Assembly (NCBI GenBank): GCA_965116725.1
Contig: OZ220700.1
Coordinates: 77,897 to 141,896, forward strand
Origin: Thermodesulfobacteriota bacterium
Lineage (GTDB): Bacteria; Desulfobacterota_D; UBA1144; Nemesobacterales; Nemesobacteraceae
DNA: 64,000 nucleotides
Direction of reading: 5' to 3'
In this document: positions 40,101 through 49,246 of the stretch, one piece after another
How the letters are laid out: every line of letters starts with the position of its first letter
Position numbering within the stretch: the first letter of the stretch is position 1
Notes under the pieces: model-generated
Told to the model about the DNA's origin: nothing
Database searches by the model: none
Seen by the model: the letters and a program-made list of their open reading frames with translations, nothing else
Program-made: the position numbers and the translations under genes

Positions 40101-40333
40101 TAGGCGACCTCAAAAGTCCAAGTAATATAATTATTCTGGTTTTCCTGTCAAACAGGCCGTTGCTTTGCCGCCGCGGGTTCCTTGGGGGTGTGTTGCTGCG
40201 GCCGGTTTTTCAACTGAACAGGGTGCTTGGACTGGTATTATAGCTGCCCGATCCATGTGGAGGCGCGTGGGTTTTTGCCGTTGTTCGGGTAAAATACAAA
40301 AAAATCCCACTTGCACCCTGCGGAGAAAATGAA

Positions 40334-41014
40334 ATGAAGAAACTCCTGGCTCCTTCAATACTCTCGTGTGACTATCTTCGTCTTGAAGACGAGGTAACCG
40401 CCGTTTGCGAGGCGGGCGCCGATCTAATACACGTGGACGTGATGGACGGGCATTTCGTTCCGAACATAAGCATAGGAATACCCATAGTGGAGGCGATTGC
40501 CCGGATGGAATCGCCACCCCAGATGGATATACACCTGATGATTGATAGTCCCGAGAAATTCACGGAAAAATTCATAGACGCGGGCGCTCCTCACGTGAAA
40601 ATTGTCACGGTCCAGATGGAGGCCTGCAACCTTCTCTACAGCGCTCTCTCTTCCATCAGGTGGAGAGGGATTATGACCGGGGTGGCCCTTAACCCCGCAA
40701 CCCCGATCGGCGTGATCGAGGAAAAGCTGATGGAGCTTATAGACGTGATAGTGATAATGACCGTGGAGCCGGGGTTCGGAGGTCAGAAATTCATTCCCGA
40801 GATGCTGTCGAAAATAAGGGACCTGAGGTCTCTTCTTGACAGGATGGATGGAGATGGAAAGAAGCCGCTTATTGAAGCTGACGGCGGGATAAATCTCGGG
40901 AACATAAGGGAAGTTATCGAGGCCGGGGCGGACATAGTGGTAACGGGATCCGGAATATACAAGACGGAAAACTATGCCGATACGATGTCGGCCATGCGCG
41001 AGATGATGGAGTAG
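40334..41014 (+). CDS. rpe: Ribulose-phosphate 3-epimerase
   Basis: LAPSILSCDYLRLEDEV ... HVDVMDGHFVPNISIG matches the Rpe pattern. Confidence 0.93.
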   Translation: MKKLLAPSILSCDYLRLEDEVTAVCEAGADLIHVDVMDGHFVPNISIGIPIVEAIARMESPPQMDIHLMIDSPEKFTEKFIDAGAPHVKIVTVQMEACNLLYSALSSIRWRGIMTGVALNPATPIGVIEEKLMELIDVIVIMTVEPGFGGQKFIPEMLSKIRDLRSLLDRMDGDGKKPLIEADGGINLGNIREVIEAGADIVVTGSGIYKTENYADTMSAMREMME

Positions 41015-41034
41015 GGGCCAGACCCGAGGGCTGC

Positions 41035-41709
41035 GTGTTTTTCCGGGGGAAGATGAAGTCTCAAGAGCGAAACTACATAGCCGACATAGAGCGGTATTTT
41101 CTCGGGCTTGCGGGAAAGGGTCTCATGCTTTCGGCCAGGGACTACGGTTTCATAAGGGAACTTGGCGAAAGATCAGTCTCAAAGGAAATGGTAATTAAGG
41201 CTATAGCCTACGGCTTTGAGCAAAAGAGGCAGAGAGGGGCCCAGGAACCGAGGGGGCTTTTTAACATAAGGCATGAAATTGAGGATTACCTGAGAACGCA
41301 TTCGGTAGAACGGGAATCGAAACAGGCAACACCCCGGAACGCCGCTTTTACGAGAAGCAATATAATAGAACAGGTTCTACAGAGGCTTGATAGGATCATA
41401 GTTGAGGAAAAAAGAGAGGATATACGGGGGAAATACGAGGAACTCAGGCGCAGGGTCGGAGAGACGGACGGCGCGGGGTCCGCTAACATATACAAACAGT
41501 TTGATTTGCTGTGGCGGGATTTCATGGGGGATGTTTTCTCAGGTCTTTCCGCCGAGAGGAAAAAGCAGATAACCGATGCCGCGCTAAGCAGGATTCCCGC
41601 CAAGGCGAAACTCTACGACGAAGATGCCAAGAGAAAAACCCTTAACGCCTTCAGGGATGAAATTGTATGCGAAACTCTCGGCATAAATAATGTTTTCACG
41701 ATGAAGTAA
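41035..41709 (+). CDS. Hypothetical protein, possibly a DnaD-like primosome or replication accessory protein (inferred from context only)
   Basis: No recognised motif. Its stop lies 2 nt before the start of the DnaC-like gene, which suggests an operon. Confidence 0.3.
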   Translation: MFFRGKMKSQERNYIADIERYFLGLAGKGLMLSARDYGFIRELGERSVSKEMVIKAIAYGFEQKRQRGAQEPRGLFNIRHEIEDYLRTHSVERESKQATPRNAAFTRSNIIEQVLQRLDRIIVEEKREDIRGKYEELRRRVGETDGAGSANIYKQFDLLWRDFMGDVFSGLSAERKKQITDAALSRIPAKAKLYDEDAKRKTLNAFRDEIVCETLGINNVFTMK

Positions 41710-41710
41710 C

Positions 41711-42646
41711 ATGGCCAGAAGAAAACGCATCATTACGGGTTGTCGAAAATGCTTCGGAAGTGGATACACGATCTCCTCCGAGAATGGTCAGTACGCCCGT
41801 GCGGAGGTCTGCGACTGCGTTTCCGAATGCAGTGACTGCGGGGGGACCGGAACGGTGTTTTTGGTGAACGAAAGGGGCTACAGGTATCTTGAGCGCTGCG
41901 GGCTCTGCGGAATGGTGAGGCTTAAGGTCAGAAGATACAACAACGCGAAGATTCCTTCAAAGTACGCCGGCGTTCTGCAGTCAGACGATATAGACCCCCG
42001 TGACAACAGCCAGTTTGAGGCAATGACCTACGTGAAGTCGTTTGTCGACAAGTACCCGGAGGAAAAAGGCTTTCTGCTTATGGGAGGTCCCGGGCTTGCC
42101 AAAACACGCTTGGCCGTAGGGGCCATAGCGGAGCTTACGCTTCAGAAAGCCGTTGAATGCGTGTTTACCGATTTCTTCTTTCTGCTTGGAGACCTGCGGA
42201 AGGCGTATTCAGAGGGAATTCCCGAAAACGAGATAATAGGACCGCTAATAAACGCGGAAATTCTGGTTATAGACGAGATGGGAAAAGGCAAAAGTTCCGA
42301 ATGGGAGCAGAACATTCTCGACCAGCTTATCTCCAAGCGTTACAACTCCTCAAAGAAGACTCTTGTTACTACCAATTATGTGGCCAGGGAGTCACTGCCT
42401 AAGAAATCCAGGAATAAGACGGAAATACTTGAGGACAGGGTGGGGGAGAGGATAGCTTCAAGACTTTATGAGATGTGCTTTGGCAGTACCGCCAGCTCCG
42501 ACAATCGCACACCCGTCCTCACCGCTAACTCCCCCGCTTTTCATCGAGGGAAGCGATTACAGGAAAGATGGAATTTCCTCCTGAAACATTACCGGGTTCA
42601 ACTGAAATCCAAAGCTGATGCACCACCGCTAAGGTGCTTGCCCTGA
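41711..42646 (+). CDS. DnaC/DnaI-like AAA+ helicase-loader family protein with an N-terminal Cys-rich zinc-finger-like region
   Basis: An N-terminal CxxC ... CxC ... CxxC cluster, a Walker A-like GGPGLAKT, and a Walker B ILVIDEMG. It is 311 aa. Confidence 0.55.
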   Translation: MARRKRIITGCRKCFGSGYTISSENGQYARAEVCDCVSECSDCGGTGTVFLVNERGYRYLERCGLCGMVRLKVRRYNNAKIPSKYAGVLQSDDIDPRDNSQFEAMTYVKSFVDKYPEEKGFLLMGGPGLAKTRLAVGAIAELTLQKAVECVFTDFFFLLGDLRKAYSEGIPENEIIGPLINAEILVIDEMGKGKSSEWEQNILDQLISKRYNSSKKTLVTTNYVARESLPKKSRNKTEILEDRVGERIASRLYEMCFGSTASSDNRTPVLTANSPAFHRGKRLQERWNFLLKHYRVQLKSKADAPPLRCLP

Positions 42647-42776
42647 TTTTCTTTGTTTTGATCTGAAAGTTTTCACAATTTTTATCTCAGGCAATTTTTA
42701 GCAAAAACTAATAATATTATTAAAAAATTGTAAAAACTATTAACATTTGCTATTCTTTAGTGCCGGAGGTGATATT

Positions 42777-43043
42777 ATGGCTAAGGAGAGAAGCGGGTCA
42801 TCTGACATGGTAAATATCTCTGCACAGATTCCTGCTGAGATCGCCGAAATATTAGGCAAGGTATCAAGAGCGGAGGAAAGGTCAAAAAGTTATTACGTAA
42901 GAAAGGGGTTAGAGTTGCTTTTAATGGCTAGGCTGGAAGATCTTGAGGATTATGAAGATGCTTCCAAGGCTTATAAGGAATTTCTGGCTTCTGGAGAAAA
43001 AACGGTTTCCTTTTCTGAGCTCAAAAAGGAACTGAATCTCTAG
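42777..43043 (+). CDS. relB: Type II antitoxin, RelB/DinJ-like
   Basis: LEDLEDYEDASKAYKEFLASGEKTVSFSELKKEL is the RelB-type C-terminus. GGAGGTG precedes the ATG at 42777, and the upstream region is AT-rich. Confidence 0.65.
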   Translation: MAKERSGSSDMVNISAQIPAEIAEILGKVSRAEERSKSYYVRKGLELLLMARLEDLEDYEDASKAYKEFLASGEKTVSFSELKKELNL

Positions 43044-43047
43044 AATT

Positions 43048-43370
43048 ATGTGGAAGGTGGAGTTCAGCGAAAAAGGGGAACATAGTGGGGACATGTCGCC
43101 TTGGCAAAAGCAAAATCATGGTGAAGGCCACCGATCAGGTAGCAGTTTGCCAAATTGCCTAGAGATATTCAGCAAAGCATTGTTAAGGCAATAGAGGAGA
43201 AGCTGTTGGTTGATCCTGATTTTTATCTTTCTCGGCTCTCGGGTCATATGGGAAGTTTTTATAGATTCAGGGTCGGCAATTATAGATTGTTGTGTCTGAG
43301 GCGAGATGAAGAGATATTTGTCATAGCTGTTGGGCACAGAAAAGATATTTACAAGAGCATGTCGACATGA
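43048..43370 (+). pseudogene. relE: RelE/ParE-family toxin gene, apparently disrupted by an insertion with a frameshift of about 65 nt after codon 11
   Basis: MWKVEFSEKGE at 43048 is in a different frame from the remainder FAKLPRDIQQSIVKAIEEKLLVDPDFY ... GNYRLLCLRRDEEIFVIAVGHRKDIY. The two parts are separated by unrelated sequence that contains a stop. Confidence 0.5.
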
Positions 43371-43379
43371 CTTGTTGCT

Positions 43380-44414
43380 CTAGAAATTCCAGAATTTCGA
43401 GTAAATTTTTCTGATCTCCGAGACGGTGTGTTCGCAGGTTGTCCGCTTGGGATCAAAACCGGTATCTGACACCTTAAGATCGAGTATCTCTTCTATGACC
43501 GACCGCATGATCAGTCCCATCTCCGCGGTGTTGTAGCCGCCCTCGAGCAAAAAGGCGATATTTCCGCGGCAGTGCTTTTCTGCAAGTCGCATAACGAATC
43601 TTGTAAGCCTGGCGAAACCTCCTGAGGTAACCAGCATTCCACCAAGCGGATCGACCTGGTAAGCGTCAAAGCCCGCGGAAATGAGAATGAATTCCGGGGA
43701 GTACTGCTCCACTACGGGTTCGAGTATCTCGGCGAAGATCCTGAGGTAATCTTCATCTCCCAGCATCGCGGGGCAGGGGACGTTAACCGTGTACCCGAGC
43801 CCCTCTTTGTATCCGAGTTCCTTAAGGCTTCCGGTGCCGGGGTAAAACGGGAACTGGTGCAGTGAGAAGAAGAGCACGCTGCTTGAATCATAGAAGATAT
43901 GCTGGGTGCCGTTTCCGTGGTGCACGTCCCAGTCTATGATCAGGACTCTCTCAAGACCGCAGTTGGCTAACAGATGGGCCCCGGCGACCGCCACGTGATT
44001 AAACAGGCAGAACCCCATCGCCCTGTCGTGTTCAGCGTGATGTCCGGGAGGGCGGGGGAGTACGAACGCGGTATCGATTTTCCCTGAAAGAATATCGTTT
44101 ACCGAGCATATAAGTCCCCCGGAGCCCGCAAGCGCGGCGTCAAAAGAAACTTCGCACGTAGAGGTGTCGGCATCAAGCTGCGAGAACTCCTTGCCGGAGG
44201 TGCCTTTGACCATATCGAAATAGGGCTTGCTGTGTACGAGGGTGATCTCTTCCTCCGTCGCGGGCCTTGTGTCGGCGGGAACCGTTTTCTCCATAAGACC
44301 CGAACTCTCAAGCGCTCCCAGAATGCTGGTCAGTCTTTCCGGACACTCAGGGTGCCCCGGAGGGTTCTGGTGAGCCAGGAAAAGATCGTTACTTACTATC
44401 GAGAGTCTCTTCAT
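43380..44414 (-). CDS. Histone deacetylase / acetoin-utilisation AcuC family deacetylase
   Basis: PPGHHAEHDRAMGFCLFNHVAVA and IDWDVHHGNGTQ match the arginase/deacetylase-fold signature. Confidence 0.85.
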   Translation of the reverse strand: MKRLSIVSNDLFLAHQNPPGHPECPERLTSILGALESSGLMEKTVPADTRPATEEEITLVHSKPYFDMVKGTSGKEFSQLDADTSTCEVSFDAALAGSGGLICSVNDILSGKIDTAFVLPRPPGHHAEHDRAMGFCLFNHVAVAGAHLLANCGLERVLIIDWDVHHGNGTQHIFYDSSSVLFFSLHQFPFYPGTGSLKELGYKEGLGYTVNVPCPAMLGDEDYLRIFAEILEPVVEQYSPEFILISAGFDAYQVDPLGGMLVTSGGFARLTRFVMRLAEKHCRGNIAFLLEGGYNTAEMGLIMRSVIEEILDLKVSDTGFDPKRTTCEHTVSEIRKIYSKFWNF

Positions 44415-45663
44415 CTTGGATCACATCTTTAAGATAACCTATTAGATAAAAGGAACCACAAACACAAGCTGCTTCTCCGTAACCAAGAAGCTTTTCATAT
44501 GCCTCCAGAGGGTCTTTTACCGTCACGACCGAGTCGAATTGTCCCCGGGTAAGGGCCAGAATTCTTTCCGTTTCCAAAAACTTCTTTTCCCCGGCAAGTT
44601 CCGTTATGATCAGTTTCCCCGAAACGCGGGAGAGCGTTTCGGTGAACCCTCCGATGTCTTTATTTTTAAGCATTGTTATGAGGAAATTGAATTTTTTCCC
44701 CGGATGATAAAACTCAAGCGACTTAACGAGGTTTTCCCCCGCGGCGAGGTTGTGCGCGCCGTCGATTATGACGGGAGTTTTCCTGTCTAAGTATTCCATT
44801 CGCCCCCCCAGACTGACTTCCGAAAGAGCCTCTTTTATTTTTTCCGGGTCCGTTTTGTAGCGGGTATGCATTGTCAGCAGCTCGGCTGCCGCTATGGATA
44901 TAACGGCGTTTTCCACCTGGTGCGTGCCCGCGAGAGAAATTCTGAGTCCCGCAATATTCCACTCGGGCCCCGTGTAATCAAAGCTCAGATCTTCTTTCTC
45001 CCCGTAAGTGAAATCTGTTCCGATTCTGTGGCATGTTGAGGAGTTCTCCCTAGCCCTGCGCTCGATTACCGACAGGGCCTCGCCCGTGCATCCTGTCACC
45101 ACGAGGCCGTTTTTTTTGATTATTCCGGCTTTTTCCCCGGCAATCTCACCCAAAGTGTTTCCCAGGTATTCGGTGTGGTCAAAGGACACGTTCGTTATAA
45201 CGCCTGCCAGATGATCGCATACGTTTGTCGAGTCCCATCTTCCTCCCATTCCCACTTCAAGCACGCCTACATCTATTGCCTTGCCGTTGAAGTGAAGAAA
45301 TGCGGCTGCGGTGAGCGTTTCGAAATAACTGAGCTCCACGCCGATCCTGGCGCAGGCGGCAAAAACCGTGCCGAGGGTCTCTTCAAGCTGCTCCCTGGTT
45401 ATTTCCTCTCCGTCTACTTTTATTCTTTCCGTGACGTCGATCAGATGAGGGGAGGTAAAGAGACCTGCCCGATAGCCGTTCGCCTCGAATATTGACGCGA
45501 TACAGGCCGCCACGGACCCCTTGCCGTTAGTTCCGGCAACGGCGACGTAATCCTTTTTCCTGTGAGGAGACCCCAGTTCCTCAAGAACCGCGGTGATTCT
45601 CTGGAGCCCCGGTTTTACGCTGTCCACTCCCTTTAGACGGAGTCTGTCGAGATTCTCAAACAT
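44389..45663 (-). CDS. folC: Bifunctional folylpolyglutamate synthase / dihydrofolate synthase
   Basis: VAVAGTNGKGSVAACIASIF ... LFTSPHLIDVTERI matches the Mur-ligase-family FolC pattern. Confidence 0.9.
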   Translation of the reverse strand: MFENLDRLRLKGVDSVKPGLQRITAVLEELGSPHRKKDYVAVAGTNGKGSVAACIASIFEANGYRAGLFTSPHLIDVTERIKVDGEEITREQLEETLGTVFAACARIGVELSYFETLTAAAFLHFNGKAIDVGVLEVGMGGRWDSTNVCDHLAGVITNVSFDHTEYLGNTLGEIAGEKAGIIKKNGLVVTGCTGEALSVIERRARENSSTCHRIGTDFTYGEKEDLSFDYTGPEWNIAGLRISLAGTHQVENAVISIAAAELLTMHTRYKTDPEKIKEALSEVSLGGRMEYLDRKTPVIIDGAHNLAAGENLVKSLEFYHPGKKFNFLITMLKNKDIGGFTETLSRVSGKLIITELAGEKKFLETERILALTRGQFDSVVTVKDPLEAYEKLLGYGEAACVCGSFYLIGYLKDVIQDEETLDSK

Positions 45664-45774
45664 TTTGGGCCTACCGGGTTAAAGATAGCACATGCCGGAT
45701 TGAAATCCTGCACACACTGCAGGAGCGTCTTTTTCGAATCCGCAAGGGCGGGACGGAGATCAGGGTTTAGGTGA

Positions 45775-46152
45775 TCAGTCCTCAAGTATAACTACGGCGA
45801 CGGAGTATTCCCCGTCGTGTGATATGGTGGTATGAATTCGGGTCAGGCCCCTTTGTTCGGCGATTTCCTTTGTGCTTCCCCTGAGGTCTATGAAGGGTTT
45901 TCCAAGCTCGTTGCGCTTGACCGCTATGTTGTGAAATTTTATGCCCCGCCTGAACCCGGTCCCGAGCGCCTTCACAAAAGCTTCCTTGACCGCGTAATTG
46001 GCCGCGTAGCTTATGTTTCTGTTTTTACCGTCACCGTTTTGCGCGAGTTCATCGTCGGTGAAGACTTTTCGAAGGAATTTCTCCCCCCATCTCTCAATAA
46101 GGTTCTCTATGCGACTGTTGCGAACCATATCGATGCCTATGCCTGAAACCAT
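45775..46152 (-). CDS. acpS: Holo-[acyl-carrier-protein] synthase
   Basis: MVSGIGIDMV ... AVKEAFVKALGTG. It is 125 aa. Confidence 0.88.
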   Translation of the reverse strand: MVSGIGIDMVRNSRIENLIERWGEKFLRKVFTDDELAQNGDGKNRNISYAANYAVKEAFVKALGTGFRRGIKFHNIAVKRNELGKPFIDLRGSTKEIAEQRGLTRIHTTISHDGEYSVAVVILED

Positions 46153-46186
46153 ATCTTTTCGCCTTATGCCTTGTTATAGAAAAATA

Positions 46187-46900
46187 TTATAGCAGGTTGA
46201 TCATGTCTCTTACGGCTTTCTCCATTCCGGAGAGAACCGCCCGTGAAACTATGCTGTGGCCGATGTTGAGTTCCTCAATCCCGTCTATTCGTGAAACCGC
46301 GGTCACGTTAACGTAGTTAAGCCCGTGACCGGCGGATACCCTGAGTCGGTGGGAGAGGGCGTCTTCCGTTGATTTTCTGATCTTGTCAAGTTCCATCATC
46401 ATCCCGGTCTCGTCGCGGGCGTTCGCGTAACTTCCGGTGTGGAGTTCAACCATATGAGCGCCGGTCTGCGCGGAGGCGCCTATCTGTTCGGGGTCGGGGT
46501 CTATGAAAATGCTTACGAACAGTCCGGAGCTCTTCAGTTTTTCAATTCCCGCGGCAATTCTCTCCGTATCCCCGCGCACGTCAAGTCCCCCTTCAGTGGT
46601 TATCTCCTGCCTTTTTTCCGGAACAAGGGTAACGACGTCGGGAAGCGTCTCGCACGCAATCTCAATCATTTCGTCCGTTACGGCCATTTCCATGTTAAGC
46701 TTCGTCCGCACCGTCTGTCTCAGCAGAAGAAGGTCCCTTTCCTGAATGTGTCGGCGATCTTCACGAAGATGGACCACTATTCCGCTCGCTCCGGCGAGTT
46801 CAGCCTGCGCGGCGGCAGCCACGGGGTCGGGTTCGTCTCCCATCCTTGCCTGTCTCAGGGTCGCTACGTGGTCAACGTTTACATTCAGTCTGGTTTTCAT
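46187..46900 (-). CDS. pdxJ: Pyridoxine 5'-phosphate synthase
   Basis: [15 protein letters not shown] ... HLREDRRHI matches PdxJ. Confidence 0.93.
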   Translation of the reverse strand: MKTRLNVNVDHVATLRQARMGDEPDPVAAAAQAELAGASGIVVHLREDRRHIQERDLLLLRQTVRTKLNMEMAVTDEMIEIACETLPDVVTLVPEKRQEITTEGGLDVRGDTERIAAGIEKLKSSGLFVSIFIDPDPEQIGASAQTGAHMVELHTGSYANARDETGMMMELDKIRKSTEDALSHRLRVSAGHGLNYVNVTAVSRIDGIEELNIGHSIVSRAVLSGMEKAVRDMINLL

Positions 46901-48286
46901 CTACAGATTTCCTGTTCCTATGTTCTCGCTTATTACGGAAGATACGCGGGAAGCGATTCCGTTTATCAGGGTTTCATCCTCTCCCTCCACCATTACCCGC
47001 GCCAGCAGTTCGGTTCCGGAATATCTGAGGTTTATTCTTCCTTTGTCTCCAAGGATTTTTTCAGATTCCCTGACGATCTCGACAAGCCCCGGGATCTGCT
47101 CAAACGGTTTTTTCTCTCTGATTTTAAAACTGTTAAGAATCTGGGGAAACAAATCTATTATCCCGGCGAGCTCAGAAAGCGGTTTTCCCTTTCTTTTCAT
47201 TATGCCCAGAATCTGAAGCGAGGCCAGCAGCCCGTCTCCCGTTGTCGAGTGGTCAAGAAACAGCAGGTGACCCGATTTCTCGCCTCCGAGGTTTGCTCCC
47301 AGTTCTCTCATCGCTTCTACCACGTACCTGTCTCCCACGCGGGTTCTCTCAAGTCTGAGGCCTTTTGCGCTGAGGTAGTTCTCAAGGGCCATGTTGCTCA
47401 TCTGGGTAGCCACCACGGTGTCCGTTGCCAGGGTGCCGCTCTCAAGCATTTCCGATGAGCAGATCGCAAGCACATGGTCGCCGTCAACCTCATTTCCGTT
47501 CTCATCGCAGAAAACCACCCTGTCCGCGTCTCCGTCAAGCGCTATTCCTATGTCGGAACCGCTTCGCACTACTTCTTCACAGAGTATTTCGGGGCGCAGG
47601 CTTCCGCAGTCAACGTTTATATTCGTTCCGTTCGGCTCAGTGCCGATCGTGATCACCTCAGCCCCAAGTTCCTCGAAGATTATGGGTGCGACCTTGTACG
47701 CCGCTCCGTTGGCGCAGTCAACCACGATTCTCACTCCATCGAGCGTAAGATCATCAGGGAAGGTGTTTTTGAGAAACACTATGTAGCGTCCGACCGCGTC
47801 CTCGATTCTTTTCGCCTTTCCCGTCAGGGGAGGGGGGCTTAACTGTTTTTCTCCGAGAACCATGTTCTCTATCTCAGCCTCTATTTTGTCCGGGAGTTTG
47901 AAGCCCGTGGAATCAAATATTTTTATTCCGTTATCGGTGTAGGGATTATGTGACGCGGAGATAACCACGCCGGCTGTGGCTCTCATGTTTGAAGTGAGAA
48001 AGGCTATCGCCGGAGTGGGCAGGGGACCAACGAGCAGTACGTCGGCTCCCATGGACGTTATGCCCGAGGCTATTGCCTGTTCGAAGACGTAGCCTGAAAG
48101 GCGGGTGTCTTTGCCGACGAGTATTTTCACGTGGCCGCCCGTTTTCCCGGACAGATATTTTGTGAGCGCTTTTCCCAGGGCAAGCGATACCTCGGGGGTC
48201 ATCGGATAGGTGTTGGTAACCCCCCTTATTCCATCGGTTCCAAAAATCTTTCTTTCGGGAAATTCAGGTGCGGACTTCTTCTTCAT
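46901..48286 (-). CDS. glmM: Phosphoglucosamine mutase
   Basis: Active-site ISASHNPYTDNGIKIF and the overall phosphohexomutase architecture. Confidence 0.95.
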   Translation of the reverse strand: MKKKSAPEFPERKIFGTDGIRGVTNTYPMTPEVSLALGKALTKYLSGKTGGHVKILVGKDTRLSGYVFEQAIASGITSMGADVLLVGPLPTPAIAFLTSNMRATAGVVISASHNPYTDNGIKIFDSTGFKLPDKIEAEIENMVLGEKQLSPPPLTGKAKRIEDAVGRYIVFLKNTFPDDLTLDGVRIVVDCANGAAYKVAPIIFEELGAEVITIGTEPNGTNINVDCGSLRPEILCEEVVRSGSDIGIALDGDADRVVFCDENGNEVDGDHVLAICSSEMLESGTLATDTVVATQMSNMALENYLSAKGLRLERTRVGDRYVVEAMRELGANLGGEKSGHLLFLDHSTTGDGLLASLQILGIMKRKGKPLSELAGIIDLFPQILNSFKIREKKPFEQIPGLVEIVRESEKILGDKGRINLRYSGTELLARVMVEGEDETLINGIASRVSSVISENIGTGNL

Positions 48287-48289
48287 GAT

Positions 48290-49246
48290 TTACGTCTTGG
48301 GGGATTCTTCCGGGGGAGGCGGTTTGACTCTAACCCTGACACTCCTCGGAGAGGTCTTCGTAAGTTTCAGCAGGTCTGAACTTGGATACTGAACTTTTAC
48401 CCTGAGTCTTTTTTGCCTGCTCTCGCCCATCTCCGTCCCGTCTATGAAGACTTTGACATCGTTGCTCGTAAGGTCGTTAATGGTCTTGTAGGGACCGTTG
48501 AATACCAGCGTGGCCTTAAGCTCGGGAGCTGTAGTGTATTCGAGTTCTCCGAAATTTCGGGGAACTATGTCGACATCCCGAAACTCCTTGGACAGTATTA
48601 TCTCTTTTATGTAAACGGTTACGTTCACGTGATCGCCTTCGAGGACTTCCATGTACTGGGAGGGCAGCTGCAGCTGCGCCGGCGCCGTGAACTCGGCTTT
48701 TTCGCCTTCAAGCTTTATTTTCGCCGTTTCTATGGTTTCCAGCTTGCCAAGCTGCGAAGCGGGTCCTTTTACTTTTACGAATTGCGGGACGACCTTTAAT
48801 TTCTTCGATATCTCGTAGCCGGAGTCCGGTTCTCCGAGCACGGGTTTCACCTTGAACCTTTTCGTCACAAGCATGTCTATGTTAAGAGAGAGCTTTGAGG
48901 GTCTCGCGGCGACTATATCGATTCCTCTGGGAACTATCTGCGACGCCGCGCGCCTTAAGTCTATTTTAAGAACACCCCGTTCCGTTTTCTGCAGGTCAAC
49001 GGGAATTGACTTGTTCGAGAAGGCAAATGAAGAGAGCAGGTTTCTCGCCCCCCTGAGGGAGAGGTCAACATTTTCGGGGGCATTGTTCACGATAATAAGG
49101 TCTTCGGGCAGACCGCTTAGGTGAAGCGGAATCCTGACGTCCCTTTCCACGTCAAGTTCGAAGTTCGTAAATGCCCAGAGAATTACCGCAAGCGCAAGCG
49201 CAATTGTTTTTTTTGCAAGACCTTGAAAGAAAGGTTTTTTCTCCAT
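48290..49246 (-). CDS. cdaR: YbbR-domain protein (CdaR-type regulator of diadenylate cyclase)
   Basis: An N-terminal TM followed by repeated YbbR-like beta-rich domains. It lies between cdaA and glmM as in the conserved cdaA-cdaR-glmM operon. Confidence 0.75.
   Translation of the reverse strand: MEKKPFFQGLAKKTIALALAVILWAFTNFELDVERDVRIPLHLSGLPEDLIIVNNAPENVDLSLRGARNLLSSFAFSNKSIPVDLQKTERGVLKIDLRRAASQIVPRGIDIVAARPSKLSLNIDMLVTKRFKVKPVLGEPDSGYEISKKLKVVPQFVKVKGPASQLGKLETIETAKIKLEGEKAEFTAPAQLQLPSQYMEVLEGDHVNVTVYIKEIILSKEFRDVDIVPRNFGELEYTTAPELKATLVFNGPYKTINDLTSNDVKVFIDGTEMGESRQKRLRVKVQYPSSDLLKLTKTSPRSVRVRVKPPPPEESPKT

Noticed and set aside
40131-40517. 128-aa minus-strand ORF covering the metK/rpe intergenic region and the rpe 5' end
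   Set aside because: It overlaps the rpe start and the likely metK leader, is Arg/Pro-rich, and has no support. The region is better explained as a regulatory leader.
46439-47458. 339-aa plus-strand ORF spanning pdxJ and glmM, plus other antisense ORFs in 46500..48400
   Set aside because: It crosses the pdxJ/glmM boundary on the wrong strand and is Ser/Arg/Gly/Phe-rich. pdxJ and glmM are unambiguous.
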